DNA of 64,000 nt from Pavona decussata. Its lineage: Eukaryota. Position 1 is the first letter of the stretch, and every line of letters begins with the position of its first letter. The notes beneath the pieces were generated by a model that was given only the letters and a program-made list of their open reading frames with translations, was not told where the DNA came from and searched no databases. The position numbers and the translations under genes are program-made. Shown here piece by piece: positions 28,701 to 43,700 of the stretch. The stretch spans positions 62,001 through 126,000 of the forward strand of contig CDRNST010000034.1 in NCBI GenBank assembly GCA_977016875.1. The letters are read 5' to 3'.

Positions 28701-31700
28701 ACAACATCTACATTGATCATCCTCGTCAATGATAATTCTCCAAAGAAAAACTCACCCACACAATCCACTCCATTACCAGAATAACCATTAAGACACGTAC
28801 AGTGGAATGATCCTTTGGTGTTTGAACAGTTTGCATCAGCATGACAGTTGTGAGCAAGATCACGATATTCATCTGATATCTGATCAGGGAAACACTCGTT
28901 CACATCTGCAACAAATGGAATGGGTGTACTCTATTGAACAGTTCGACTTACAAAGTTGCCGAATTTTGTGAGCGAGTTGTCAACTTGGATGCGCTGAATA
29001 TTGCTTACAGTATAGTAAATACATTTGGCAAGGCCAAAGCAACGACTACAATCCAGAGTTGTCTATGGGTTCCACTCGATGCCGTCGTTCACATGCGTCG
29101 TGATCACATTTACGTCGGGATTGAATGGAATAATGGGGAAAATAAACAATGGCGACTGAGACAATCAGATTGGATAATAAGGAACTCTATGAAATCATGC
29201 TGAAAGTGTACTAATTACTATTGTATTTTAAAGAAAGACAGTAACATTAAAAAAAGCTTTCCAGTGCGACCCCTCCCCTAGAAGATAGATCTCCTTGTGA
29301 GCATGTGCCATACCTACACACGTGACTCCATCTCCAGAGTATCCTGTATGGCACGTACAGAAGAAAGAGCCATTAGTGTTGGTACAGTTGGCGTCACTAT
29401 GACAGTTATGGGCATAGTGGCTGTGTACTGAGGCCAAATCATCCGGTCGGCACTCGTTGATGTCTTGGTAAAAATTAAAATAAAAATGATTAGAAGTTTT
29501 ATATCTGGCACGTCATTCGCTCTACAAGTACTATAGTTGTATGAAAACAAATCAGGGAAATCTAACATTGGTACAATGGTAAAAACCTACCTACGCATCT
29601 GACCCCATCGCCAGAGAATCCATTTTTACATGTGCAGTAGAAAGACCCGTTGTTGTTTGTGCAATTTGCATCGCTGTGACAGTTGTGAGCAAGATGAAGA
29701 TATTCATCAGAAATCTCACCAGGGAAGCATTCATTAATATCTGAAAATCAATAGAGGAGAGTTAAAGAATGCTCACTTTTAGACCTATGGAAAGAACATC
29801 AAGTATAAATGGAATACACTTGATGGCATATTTTAAGCCTGGTGAATGAATGAGAACGATGTATATTATTCAATGATTAACACAGGCATACTCGGTAAAA
29901 GGAAATCCAAGTGCTTTCTACCAGGAGTCGATCCTAAGACCTTGAAAACAAATCAGAATATAATTACAGGGACGGAATAAAGTCACACTTATACCATTGT
30001 TGTAGGCGTCCCATAAATGCGAAGGGTAAAGAATTTCTGTACCATTTCTACTGCGCCTGCAATGGGTATCTATTTTATCGCTTGCTTACTCCAAACATTA
30101 TGATAAGTTTGTTTAAAGTATCGATGGTATCATTTCTAAACACCAGAGTGATAATTTAAAGCACAAACGTTCTAGTTTAAAGCCGAAGGTAAACGTCCCA
30201 ATGACTTGTTATATTGCAATTGTCGACCAAATTAGCTTCCGATCCAATAATCACGCACCTTTTGTCAGTAAATGAAAAAGAACTACATGAATGAAATACG
30301 GTGCGTTACCTTCACAGCTGACTCCATCTCCTGAATATCCTAATAAACAGCCACAGTAGTAAGATCCCTTGGTATTGGTGCAGTTTGCATCATCATGACA
30401 AATGTGAGCCAAGTGTTGGTAATCGGAACTCAATTCATCAGGAAAGCACTCGTTTATGTCTGGAAGAACAAAAATTGAGAATAAAACATTCAATAACAAC
30501 TTTCATTAACTGGCCTTCTGACGAGCATTGCTTGTTGGAGATATGGAGACAGGGTGAAACATATTCAGTCAGCACCCTACGTTCGTATGGAAAATGTCCG
30601 GCTAACGGATTCTGTTCGAATAAGCAAAGTCTATGGAGTAAAAGGCCCGATAGGGATGATGTTGAAATACTGCATCCAGCTTAAGTTACCTTCACACGTG
30701 ACCCCATCTCCCGAGTATCCCGTATGACACGTGCAATAAAAGGAACCTTTGGTATTGGAGCAGTTGGCGTCGTTGTGACAGTTATGAGCAAGATGTTTAT
30801 ATTTATCAGAAATACCACTAGGAAAGCATTCATCGATATCTGAAAAATAATTAAGAATATGGTTAGGTTAAACCTGGTTTTCACTTGTTTTGGGAATTCC
30901 CAGAACATTGCAGCTGACATTGGGCATTTAAATTTTTCCTTTGACAAAAGATCCAGAATTTAGACGATAAAAAAAAGTCGAAGGAATATTTGACCGATAA
31001 TCTCTACGGTGATCGGAAAACAACATACAAAACCCCCGATTAAAGAGCTTGACAACAACATATTTTACGATCCGCTACAGAGAATGGTTTGTTTTTCCCG
31101 ATATTAAACACTTAAAACTTTTCAAACGTATGCCAGGTGGAATTCATTTTAGTTGTTACCAAATGTGATGTAGAAGTGACTTTCACTGAACACTGGTTTG
31201 CCTGGTTTGGTCTTTTTTTTTTAGAGGAGAGGCACGCATTACAGATATTCCGAAAAAAAAGAACTCCGTAAAGCTTATGTTGTTCCATGTTGTTTTCATT
31301 ATCAAGCAGCGAAAAAGTCCAGTCAGGCCAAAGTAAATTATCAGAATAACCTAAACACACCCCAATAAGGCGCACCCTGAACGAATCCAATATAAATATC
31401 ATTATTGAAAAAATTATACATCTCATGAATAACTACTACTATCGCAAGGTATGCAAAGAAACGAAATTAACTGGCAGTATGCGCAGCTACAGTAGGGTCA
31501 TACAGCCGTTTCGCGAATAGATTGACACTCACTAACCGCTGGAATTTTCAAGGCTTAATAGTCTTTAGATTTCTCAAGTTTGTTTTCTACAAGCTAAGCT
31601 GTGATGTAACCAATTCGTTTACACACATACCAACACAGCCAACGCCATCTCCTGAGTAACCAGTCAAGCATGTACAGTAGAATGAGCCCTTTGTGTTTGA

Positions 31701-34700
31701 ACAGTTGGAATCAGCATGACAGTTGTGTGTTCCGACGCTACATTCGTTAATATCTGAAAGACATGAACGAGTGTTGTGTTAGAGTCTGTTAGCCCAGATC
31801 CTCTACTCTAGTTAGCATTACTTTTTTCACGTGTTATTACTGACATCATCGAAATCATCGAAATCATCGCACAAAATTCTTTTACCTTCTACCAAAACCA
31901 AGATGTGTACTTACCTGAACACAGTACTCCATTTCCAGAGTATCCCGTATGACACGTGCAATAGAAGGATCCTTTAGTGTTTGAACAGTTGGCATCAGCG
32001 TGACAATTGTCCGTATCAGTGCGGCACTCCTCAATGTCTGTTGTAAAAACAAATTAAGAAAACCCCAATCGTTGCCATTGCCGCCAACGGCAAATGACGA
32101 TATGATCAAAGGATTAGATTAGGATTAGATCAAAGGATTAGCGACAGTATTAATTAGAATCGTTAGAACGTTAGTTGTTACAAGTAGTTAAACAAAAAAG
32201 TGTTTGTTATTGGTTATGGATCAGGAGTTAGTACGTCAGTTAATGTTTTATTAAAGTTGGCTTAATTTTTTTGCCATTCTAAGTAATCGGATACCACATG
32301 CTAAAATTTGCGTTACCGGAACAGATTTTAGCATAATTTATTTCAAATGATTTGTTTGTTCTTTGTTAGGATGACAAGTTGGTACTAGCAGTTTGACTAA
32401 GCATGTTCTTCATTTAGTCATTTACGTTGTCAAGTTGCGGTACCCGCTCACTTGGAATGCTGTTTTGCATACCTGTACAAGAGACACCATCCCCAGAATA
32501 CCCAGTAAGACACGTGCAAAAGAAAGAGCCCTTGGTATTGGTGCAGTTTGCATCGTCGTGGCAGTGGTGTCCAAGATGAGCATATTCCGGTGATAGTTGG
32601 TGCGAAAAACATTCATTGATATCTGTAGCAGAGTGAAATAATAATCGAATGAGATTAAATTTTGGACAAACATACATTAGCTTACATTAAACTGTTTGAA
32701 TTTTATTTTTGTCACTTGAAAGTTATGTCATGGCGACATTGAAAAGTTGTGCAAAACTCTTATCGCTAATTTTTATTTTAAGAGTAAAATAAATATGAAT
32801 AACCCTAGAGTAATAGCTCCCACGATAGTCAATTCATACCTATGCTACAGTTGATTGCTTTGTCCTGTCAACATTCATACGACCGATACTAATCGCTGCC
32901 TTTATTAATGTTCCAAGTAATGGAAGTACACATTGGAATTTAGCCTTTCTTATCTTTTGGATAAGAACATTAGTTAAGTTTATGTTTAGATTTATAAGGT
33001 CCCTACCACTAACAGGCCTTTCAGATACATTTCGCAGAAAGGAAGAAAAAGGTAGATAAAGTTTTTGTTACAAAGCAAACAAGTGCCATTAAGAAACATT
33101 CACGGCTAAAAATATCTAGTTATAATAGTAAAACCGATCGATTACCGTTGCAGAAAACGCCATTTCCGGAGTATCCTGTATGACAGGTGCAGTAGAACGA
33201 GCCTTTGGTATTGGTACAGTTAGCGTCGTCATGGCAATTATGGGAATAATGGCTGTGATGACTGGCCAACGCTCCAGCGTGGCATTCGCTAATATCTAAA
33301 TAAAAGGTAATATCGATAGAAAAGGTGTACGATTAGGAAGACAATGGTACGAATACGCATTGGGTGCAGTAAAAACCTTAACTGATTACACCAAAATACC
33401 TTCACACATGACTCCATCTCCAGAGAACCCCGTGTGACAGGTGCAGTAGAATGACCCCTTGGTGTTGGTACAGTTGGCATCAGTGTGACAGTTATGCGTT
33501 CCAGAAGTACACTCATCTATGTCTAAATAAAATTTAAATATTGTCCAAATTACCTTACAGTTCAATTAGTACTTTTTTTTAAATAATTAGTAATATTTAT
33601 GTACCTATGCACTCTCGTCCGCTTCCGTAGTAGCCCTCCTGGCAGCCGCAGTTGTAAGATCCTTTGGTGTTCGTACAGTTGGCATCCTCATGACAAATGT
33701 TGGCCAGGTGTTTATATTCAGAGGATAATCCAGATGGGTCGCATTCATTGATGTCTGTATAATAGAAATTTTAAATAAAATGTCCATAAAAACTTGTTTA
33801 ACAGATAAGCAAACGAAAGGAAGATATCGGATAGCATTACCAACACAAGTGACACCATCTCCAGAGTATCCAATATGACACGTGCAGTGGAAAGAACCCT
33901 TAGAGTTGGAACAGTTGGCATCAGCATGACAGTTGTGAGCAAGATGCTTGTAGTCATTAGATATCTGATCAGGGAAACACTCATCGATGTCTGAAATAAA
34001 ATGAAAGGGATAAAAGGTATCTTTTCCATTGAAAGTGTTTTTTCATGTTTTCAAAGTTGAAATGCGATAGAAACGTATCTCGTTATCACGGCAATGGCCT
34101 TTTCCATCCTTTTGTTCTCCTTTTACAAGTAAGTTTTGTGCACAAAATCTTAAGTACAATGATAGGATATTATCCTCTTACTGTAACGTTCAAGACGTTT
34201 TTCTCCAAATGGCCTTTTTACGCATTTAACAAAGGATATCATTTAAAGTATTTGAGCAATAGATTTGATGTTTTCACTTTAGGTTGCTTTTTAGGATAAG
34301 AATTTGGTTTTCCGGTATATTCACTGTGTAAAAGTTACCAATACATCTAAAAGGTATTAAATTGGGCTTTCAACCAAAGAATTTATTTGATAAGAAGGTT
34401 CTCTGCTCAATAGCTTTTATGCCCTCTATTGATGTAAACAACTCAAAATTCAGTGGATCCATCAATTTACCAACACACGCGATTCCATCTCCTGAGTATC
34501 CCGTATGACACGTGCAGTAAAATGATCCTTTAGTGTTTGAACAGTTGGCATCAGTGTGACAATTGTGAGCTAGATGACGGTACTGGTTAGGTATCTGATC
34601 AGGGAAACACTCGTCCACATCTGCAAGTAAAATTTTATTAGAATTACAAGATCCTCAATTATTTTTTGGCACGAGATGGCAAAGAAAATCAGGTGTGATA

Positions 34701-37700
34701 TTTAACTGATTTATTTATTTCGCTTTACTCACCATTGCACCTGACTCCATCTCCTGAGTAACCATAATGACACGCGCAGAAGAATGAGCCCTTGGTGTTC
34801 GTGCAGTTGGCGTCAGCGTGGCAGTTGTCCGTATCTGTGGTGCATTCTTCGATATCTTCAGAGCAATAATGTCAATAACAGATTGAGTAAAAAGGTAAAA
34901 TTTGACTTTTTGTTCGTGCTGTGAATTGAGAATTAAAAGGCAATGTCCCTAAAAGTGTTCCACTCGATTTCAGACTCGAAAATACTTTTGCCTCATATTT
35001 ATATCATCAATACCACTATCCATCCTTATGACGAAAATGCAGTTAGAATGAGAAAATAGTTTATTTTACTGCCATTATCAGCATTTCATCTCTGAACGAC
35101 CGTTACCGGCTAAAATATGCAAATTTTAGACGCTGTTATTCAGGTTTTTCAAGGATCGTTAAAAGCTACTGCGGGCCGTTAAAACCTAGACCATTTGTAC
35201 TCATTTGGAAGTATATTGCTTCTTCTTACTGTTCCAATACGATTTAGCCGTATTTCTCTGTAATCAGCAAAAACAGGTTATCGTTATTCTAGTAATTCAA
35301 TTAAGTAAGCAAACTGCACCAAAATATGCCTCAGAAATTTCACAAAATTCTTAAAAGTGGCACCTAACCTAGACTTAAAAACATGTTTTAGTTAAAGATA
35401 AAGAGGTATTCTATCAATTTATGCAATAAAACTTGTGGCACAACGCGATTCAGACTTGAAGGTTTCGACTCAAATTTACATATTGATGCAGAATTCGCGT
35501 TCCGTGACACCGGCTGCTTCGACGGGAAATTTCTCCAAATACTTGCCGCTCGGAAGTAAAATATGTTTTTTTAAACGAAAAAAATTATTTTTCTTCGTCT
35601 TCTTCCTTTTTCAATAAATAGATCTTTAGAAATATAATTATTCCTAAAAGTTCAGCAGCCAAACCTTAATTTTTATTTACTAAATCGTTTTAACGCTTTC
35701 ATTGGAAGCATAGTCTTTAGAAAGGTCATCGCATTTGCTTGTTGTAATATTTTGTTATAATTATTGATATTATTAAGCTTAAAAATAATAAAAAATGCCA
35801 TTAGGCAACTTTTTTGTACTTTATTTGCAGGAAAACCGAATGGAAGTGTAGACCATTAAGTTTACTTTGCCACTAACCTTTGTTAGTCTCGCCCTTCCAA
35901 ACGTGCTTTGTTCGACATACAACAGTTGTGTTTTTAGGGAACATTTTTTTTACCGGTAAAATTAAGTATTTACATTTTACAGCGGGCAAGTCCTTCACGA
36001 ATTGACCTTTACGCTGTATGGGACGAAAGTACACGGTAGTCCTTAAAGATAAGTTGTGAAAACGAGGATTGGACTCCAAAAGCCGAGGAATCGAAAACCA
36101 GAATAGGGTGTCTATTCACGTCTAGTCCACATTTTAATTACATGTTTATGAATTCCCATCACGACTAAACTGATTGCTATTTTTGCTTGAAAACGGTGAA
36201 ATGTGTACAGTCAATGTCTAGATACCTTAACTTAAGTAACTTTAGTAATAGTAGGTCATATAGTACATTATTAAGGCGTGATGAATCAACCAACCACTAA
36301 TCGCAAATATACTAGGCCGTGCTACACGTTGTCAGTAGCTTAAGTTCGATGTATGAAAATTCTAGCATCAGTCATAATGGTCATATTTCAGTCTGTATTT
36401 GGTTTGTTATTCTATGTGCTTTCTCTTCTGGGAATTCCGAGACAGACTGGACAGTTGAAGATCGAGCCTTGAATTCCAGTTGGAATTTTGATTTCTCGAA
36501 CTTTGGTTATTCCTCGACGGAGAGTGAGTTAAGTGAGAGCTACAGTGTTCGATTGGCGGGTTTATAAGAAAACAATTAGATTATTTAAATATTTTATCGA
36601 ATTAAGCGTCTCCGTTTCGTGTCATCGGGTAAAAGTCACATAACAAATACGAAAAAACTCAACATGCCAAAGAATTTTCGGGAAAAAAAAATTAACTAAG
36701 ACTTGCACAATAAAAGCTTAATTGATTCAGTTACAAGAAGAAATATTGTTGTCCCTTTTGTCTGAAAAAAGGGACAGTAGACTCTATTCAGCAGTTGCAT
36801 TCTTGGATAACCTCCGTTAACAACCTAATAAGGTCTGCCTTTCTATCTTTTGCTCGGAAAGGTACTTCAAAGTGCCGAAGAATAGTCTTGAGCATTGCAA
36901 CATTGAAGGCCTGTAGCTTTCCTTCCTTGTGATAGACGCAAAGATCATATGTGTCATATACTATCGGATGCTCTAGTCCAATTTTGCTTTGAATGTCGTC
37001 AAGCAAATTGTTGCGATCAGAGTCTCCAATGAGGGCGTCGATGTCGTCATTCTCATCTGCTGTAATATCAAATGTCTGTTCTTTTGATGTAGCTTCCTGA
37101 CCGCGAGTTCTCTGCCGTGAAGCGAGGCGTGAAAAAAACCCCATTATTTGAGTCTTGGTGAGCCACTCCTCTCTTCGAAACAATCTTTCATTCCGTTCAT
37201 TTCTGGCGTTGCGCATTTGACGTTCGATCTCTTCTGGATTGGCTTTTTTGCCCGTTCTTTCTCCCATTTCAAACCTTGTTGTAAGGTACCGTCTCACGTT
37301 CTCAGAAAAACGAACTCCGCCAGTTCTACCTTTGTTAAGAGCCCATCCGATACTTAGACGAGAATTTGTGCTGTTAACAGTCAGACCAGTGGAGGATTTG
37401 TTGCTTGTTAACTTCTGGTTCTCAATGGAAGAAAATTTTTCAGCCCAGTTTTTCCGTACTTTATCATAAAGACTTTCCGACTTCCTGTTATCATGTATTC
37501 CTACGTCTGTATGCAACTCAAGTTCGGAGAAAGAGTCAAAAGTGCAGTTACAGCCTTCTTCAGGGCACACAAACATTGATGGCTGATCATCAATTTCGAC
37601 GTTGTCTTTCCTTGCTTGACACTTTCTTGGGCGATGAAGGTCTCTTATTTCTGTGTTGGTGAAGAATCCTTTTCCCTCCATTAATGATATATTTGTGCAG

Positions 37701-40700
37701 CCCTGGTGCCGTATGTACAAAGATTGCCAAGGGATAAGCTTGCCGATCCCAACAGCGTAAGCTTTCCACACTCTTATCCCACTCTCTTCGTATCTAAAGT
37801 TGTGCAACTCACTAAATTGTTTTATCTTCTGAACCTCAAGAATTTTGGATGACTCATCCAAAATGGCTACAGCCGCTGTCGTTCCTTTGACAGGCCGTTC
37901 CTTAAGGGCCTCGTGCATTGCTCCTACGTTCATGATGTCATGGCCTTCCGCGCAATACTTTCTTATGGCTGCTTTCATGGGACAAAGCACCCTGTCACAA
38001 ACATCCTTTCCTTGCTGGGGTTCTGAAAAATCATAACGTGCAACTGTAATTCCCACTCGATCTCCAATATCTTTGACTGCTGCTATTAGGTGATTGCAAT
38101 GGTAGCAGCCAGCCTCGTCAGAACGTAGAAATGCGTGCTTAACATTTGGAAAATTTATTTTGATGTTTTGAAAAAGGTTTTCTAAAATAGATACCACCGC
38201 ATACCAATCTTGACAACACGAATCTAATAAATGGGCATACGACAGGACCTTAGCTATCTGCGTTTCTTGGTCTTTTGAGATCACACTGCTTATATGCCAG
38301 CTAAGGCCTCTTTTAGCAAACCATTCACTTTGTTTTTCTCTGTATTTCATTTGAAGAAATTTCATGGCCCAGTCAATAACAACAAGGACTGACTGACTGT
38401 CAAGACTTTGGAGGGCTTCTTGTTTAGCAGATTCTTGGTTGACAGAGCGTAAGGCATGAGATTTCCAAAGAAAAATGCAATTCTTAGATCTTTCAAAATC
38501 GTAAAGAAGATCATGCTTTTGTTCTTGGCTGTAACGATGGCTGGAGTGTTTCTTTATACTTTCTTCCATCTCGTCTAACGTTGCCTTCAATTGTTCGCAT
38601 TGTTCACACACCATATTGTGTGAATGTGAGCACTGATGGTTGAAGCATGGATCAACTGGATCGCTTAACGCAAATTTTCTGCAGTGGTCTGCGCACTCAC
38701 TCTCCTCTGCTGAACAGTTCACTTTAAACTCCGTCTTCAGGTATCTTTTCCCATCGTTCAATTTCTTTGCCAGTTCCGTAACTCTTCTTTTGTCGGCACC
38801 AGCCTGATTCAGCTCTTCTAGAATACTCAACAGCCGCTCAAAAGATGCGACCCCTTCTGCTGCAATGTTGTCCAGACCACTGAGAGACTTCTGCTGTGAA
38901 GCCTCTCTCACTTCAAGAATGCGACAAAGGGTTGAGCGGCTAGCCGGTTCAAATGATTCTTCTTCGCAATGTTGAAGGTACTGCATAATCATGGTCGATC
39001 TAGTCACGGTCCGGATTACGTTGGGCATTGTTATTTTGCCTCCCCTATCTAAGGTCAGTGTTCGCGTTCCAAAGGCCACGTCTTGGTAGAAATAAGGACG
39101 GTTTACAAAATCTATAAAGTGGTCGACTTTGTTTGTGTCCAGACGTACTCGATGGCTGAATACTTTCGGGACATTTGACCCCGGCCCTCGTTTTCTTGCA
39201 TGCAATCTCGCCCTTTTTATTTGTCTCAAACTTATCTTTTCATAAGGCTCGTGGAATTTCTGTAACAGCTTCATGGTATACCGATAAGCATAGATGCTGA
39301 GTATTTGAATCTTTACATTTTTTGTCATGGCATCTCGATATGCCGACATCAAGGCAATAAGATCCTCTGTTGGTTCATCAAGATCGTTCGCGATAGGCTG
39401 GTGTATCGCTTGAAAAAGTTTTTTGCCGTCTTTCGGAGCTATAACACTGCAGATTACTTCACATGCTTTTGTTGCTTTCTCTATGCAACTTTTTCTTTCA
39501 TCCGGTATTGCTTCCCAAGTCGTGGACAGTTGGAATGTTAGTGGCGTGTGGTCTTCCCTTTTTGAATGTCTAGCTATTTTCGCCATTCCCTCGTTAAAAT
39601 CAGCAACGACGTCATCGGATACTTCAGGAATTTCGTCTGTATGTATGTCTTCCTGCGAACTACCACTACCAACCCCACTCCAACATCCAGGCGTCCAGTT
39701 AGCGCCAGCAAGCCTGTCCATTTGTGGGGTCTCAGGCGCGAAAGTTTCATTTAGCAGCCTGATAAAATAAAAGGCGTCTTTAAAATTTGTTTTGTTAACG
39801 TTGTTAACACTGCACTACAGTTCGCCAAGAGTTGGAAACAAAACATTTGGCACTTTTGGAAATGACATCTTAAGTAAACCGACATATGTTATGGACGCAA
39901 TATTGCGTCACCCTTGATGAAGTGCTGCCTCTATTTAAAACCCCACCCCACCCCCGCCCCCAGTGAAAGCAAGAAAACACAACCCGAACATGACACTCTA
40001 CCTGAAACAGTGTGGGAAACTTATTTTTGTGGCTAGCACTGTTTTGCAGTTCAGAACTGCAAAAGTTAGCAAGCCCATTCTTTTTCCGCCAAAAGTAACC
40101 ACTTTTTTTTTTATAAATCTTTGAGGATTTTCAAGTAAACGCCGCCCTCAAAATAATCGCATTCCGCAAATGAGCGCAGCAGTTGAGTCGCAAAATCGGA
40201 ATGATATATCCCGCAGTGCGTAATTTAGTAAACCCGGTGTGTACCTTTGGTCCTGAACGGGCCAAATGCGGATCTTTCAGAAAAGTGTTTAGATATCCCA
40301 AGACCTTTAAGGGGTTTGTTCAGAGGTCAATTTTTTACATCATCAACACGGAGAATGGAGGCGTCCACAAGGAGAGGTAGATAGCCACCAACAACGATCG
40401 TTAACCTGTTTCTTAAGCCGTAAGCTGCAGCACTGTGATGCGGATCGCATTCTTCTTCCTTATCAGGATCTAACTTAAGCCATTTCCTACTTTTGTCCAT
40501 CACTTCCTTATGTTTGCTTCTACACTTCCCACATATTGCTGAACAGAAAAGATTGAGTGAACTACTGAGTTCATCATGGTCTTGCAATTTTTATGGCAAC
40601 AGTAACAATTACAGTACTTGGTCATCATCGTCGTCGTCGTTATCATTATCATCAAAAATTTTTCCCTTTTCCCGTTGTCTTCTCAAAGAAGAAAAACACT

Positions 40701-43700
40701 CATCTTGTTAAAGAATTAAGTAATTAAATTACCGTAAAATTCCGAAAATAAGCCCCTCCGTGTATAATTAAGCCCCGCCAAATATAAGCCCCCCGGGGCT
40801 TGTACTTGGAAAATTGCCCTTAAATACAAAGTAAAACAAAGCAAAAACGGTAAATGTACTCCTATGGCTAGCCCAATCGATTTTGACACTCAAATTTTCC
40901 TCCGTATATAAGCCTCTCCAAAAATAAGCCCCTCAAAAACGGTCTTTGAAAAATATAAGCCCCGGGGCTTATTTTCGGAATTTTACGGTATTGCTGGTTG
41001 GCACGTGACGTCACGGCGGCCATGTTGGTGGTCAAGAACAAAAGCATTTCTCTCCCCAGAAAACTAAAATCTATTTTCATGTAAATTCTTCGAGGAAATA
41101 TTCTTTTGTTTTGACCCCCACCATGGCCGCCTCGTCACGTGGTATTTTTAATTCTTACGTGATCCTATTCCCACGGTGACTTTGAAAACCGACTGTATGT
41201 TCTTCGCAGTCTCCAAACCAATTACATGCCTTTCGTTACAATGTTTTTTTCTTGGTCCACTGTGCGATGGATACTGGCAAGAACGAGGTGGCCGCCAAAA
41301 TTTTCCGAGTTTATGCCGATGTTGTGGGCAAATTACCATCTGTTGTATTTGATCTTTCGTAAGGTCAAAATGACCGGCCCTTGACAGTATTAGTTCCGCT
41401 TCACTGAGTCCAGACTTTGATAGATGACAGGTTTCAAGCTGAGTCGTAATTGTGTCCTGACATTCATCTACTTTAACCATTTGGGACAAATTGCGCGAAC
41501 TTCCACACGCTATTTTCTTAATTTGCCTAAAGCTGCACGATTCGAAATTCATGTTGAAGTTGTGGTATCAGCGCTGTAGTATTTGCGCGTGCCAACTCCG
41601 CTGCCAACTGGCTGTGAAAGTGGAGTAGCGTTGGATCCCGGACTGTGGACCAAGGAGCGTGTGCGATATAGCTGACCACTCTCAATAGAAGAAACAGACA
41701 GTGACAGGACGAAACCATCTTATTGAAATTTCACTAGAAAAGGTCTTTAAATTAGATAAAGATGTGTGCTCCTGTTAAGTGATAATTAAATAAAGCAAAA
41801 CTATTTATTCGCGGTCCGCATTCCAGTTCTTGTAGTCCTTGTCCAAAAGTTTCTGACCTATTTGCGCATACTTAATAACGCTGTGGGAGATTTACTTTTT
41901 TAACATCTAACATTCATTTTTAAAATGTGCTGGAGATAAAGTCGTATCAAATACTGGGTAATGCAGCTGCTTCACACTGGACCACATTATAAAGTAGAAG
42001 AGGTTTGCTTCTGAAAAGAAATTTGAAATCTGCATCTTGACAATTTAAAGAACACTGCACTTTAACACAAATGTTGGGATTTATCAAGCTTAAAACTGCA
42101 TCTTACGTACACCTGTGGCATTTGTGAACAACAGGTATCATTGAAGAAGGAAGAACTAGAGAGATAAAGTTTTTGGTTGGAAAATAGAAGACGTGGCAAA
42201 TATTTGAATAACTGGACGAGAAATTTTTCTGTCAAAGCAGCCTGTGTCACGCAATGAAAATTCAGCATCAATATGCAAATTTGAATCGAAAACTTTAATC
42301 CTGAACCGCGTTGTGCCACAAGTTTTATTGCATAAATTGATAGAATACCTCTTTATTTTTAACTAAAACATGTTTTTAAGTCTAGGTTAGGTGCCACTTT
42401 TAAGAATTTTGTGAAATTTCTGAGGCATATTTTGGTGCAGTTTGCTTGCTTAATTGAATTACTAGAATAACGATAACCTGTTTTTGCTGATTACAGAGAA
42501 ATACGGCTAAATCGTATTGGAACAGTAAGAAGAAGCAATATACTTCCAAATGAGTACAAATGGTCTAGGTTTTAACAGCCCGCAGTAGCTTTTAACGATT
42601 CTTGAAAAACCTGAATAACAGCGTCTAAAATTGCATATTTTAGCCGGTAACGGTCGTTCAGAGATGAAATGCTGATAATGGCAGTAAAATAAACTATTTC
42701 CTCATTCTAACTGCATTTTCGTTATAAGGATGGATAGTGGTATTGATGATATAAATATGAGGCAAAAGTATTTTCGAGTCTGAAATCGAGTGGAACGCTT
42801 TTAGGGACATTGCCTTTTAATTGTTTCAACTACATACTCATGCTCAGTACGTTTCTGTATATTCCTAGTTTAGGAGCAAAAAGGCTGTTAGTAGCTGTTT
42901 TGTTGTTGGTCGGACGTGAGTTAGAACAGCAGAATACGGTTTACATTTCCTATTTGTTATCATTAAATAGCATATAGTCGATTGTGCAGGTACAAGGAGA
43001 ATACAACAAGATCTTGCTGAACTACTATGAGATCTTAAAATCAGACTAGCAGAACATATTACATGATAAAAAACTTTCAACTTGCAATGCGCTAGTTGAT
43101 TTTAGCGTATGGAGCGTATTATAAGTTATATTAGACATGGATCAGGAGTTAGTTGGATTAGTTGTGTGATAAACCTGCATAATCAACACTGAAAAAAGAA
43201 GCGTGAAATACCAGGTGAAAATACTCTCCAACATCAAACTCACCCACGCAATTCACTCCATTACCAGAATAACCATTCAAGCATGTGCAGTAGAATGATC
43301 CTTTGGTGTTGGTACAGTTGGCATCAGCGTGACAGTTGTGAGCAAGATGCCGATATTCGTCAGATATCTGATTAGGGAAACATTCATCAATGTCTGAAAT
43401 AAAATAAAAATGATAGAAACATTATTTCACTATATATCGAATTGATTCCGTGGTTCATTTCAGGAAGCATTTGTTCACGTGCTTATGCTTTAAGATAAAT
43501 TTAAAAATAATTGAAAGATTAAAAATACAGTCAACTCTTTCTAAGGCGGACACCCTCGGTACCAGATTTACTGTCCGCCTTAGAGAGAGCTTATGTAAAC
43601 TGATACCCGAACATCAAAACTGAAACCAGTGCTTTATTACTTTAATTACAGTGTACAATGTAGTCATGACGGGCCGGATGTGTCTCTTTTATATATTCCT

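Larger units (their letters stand above)
34937..42816 (-). mobile_element. Autonomous cut-and-paste DNA transposon, Sola3-like (7.9 kb)
   Basis: TTAA duplicated at 34933-34936 and 42817-42820. TIRs begin aaggcaatgtccctaaaa, are near-identical for ~510 bp (34937-~35447 vs ~42307-42816) and stay recognisably similar to ~680 bp. Internal transposase ORF. Long TIRs, a TTAA target and DDD-type motifs fit Sola3; the superfamily call is from memory of motifs, not a search. Confidence 0.85.

Noticed and set aside
30234-30248. agcttccgatccaa as the complementary docking site for the 14-mer
   Set aside because: Only a partial match with several mismatches; not distinguishable from chance. The same applies to tctcctgatt at ~61759.
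35435-42319. Similar short ORFs at 35435-35617 (+) and 42062-42319 (-)
   Set aside because: They are the mirrored inner portions of the transposon TIRs, not genes.
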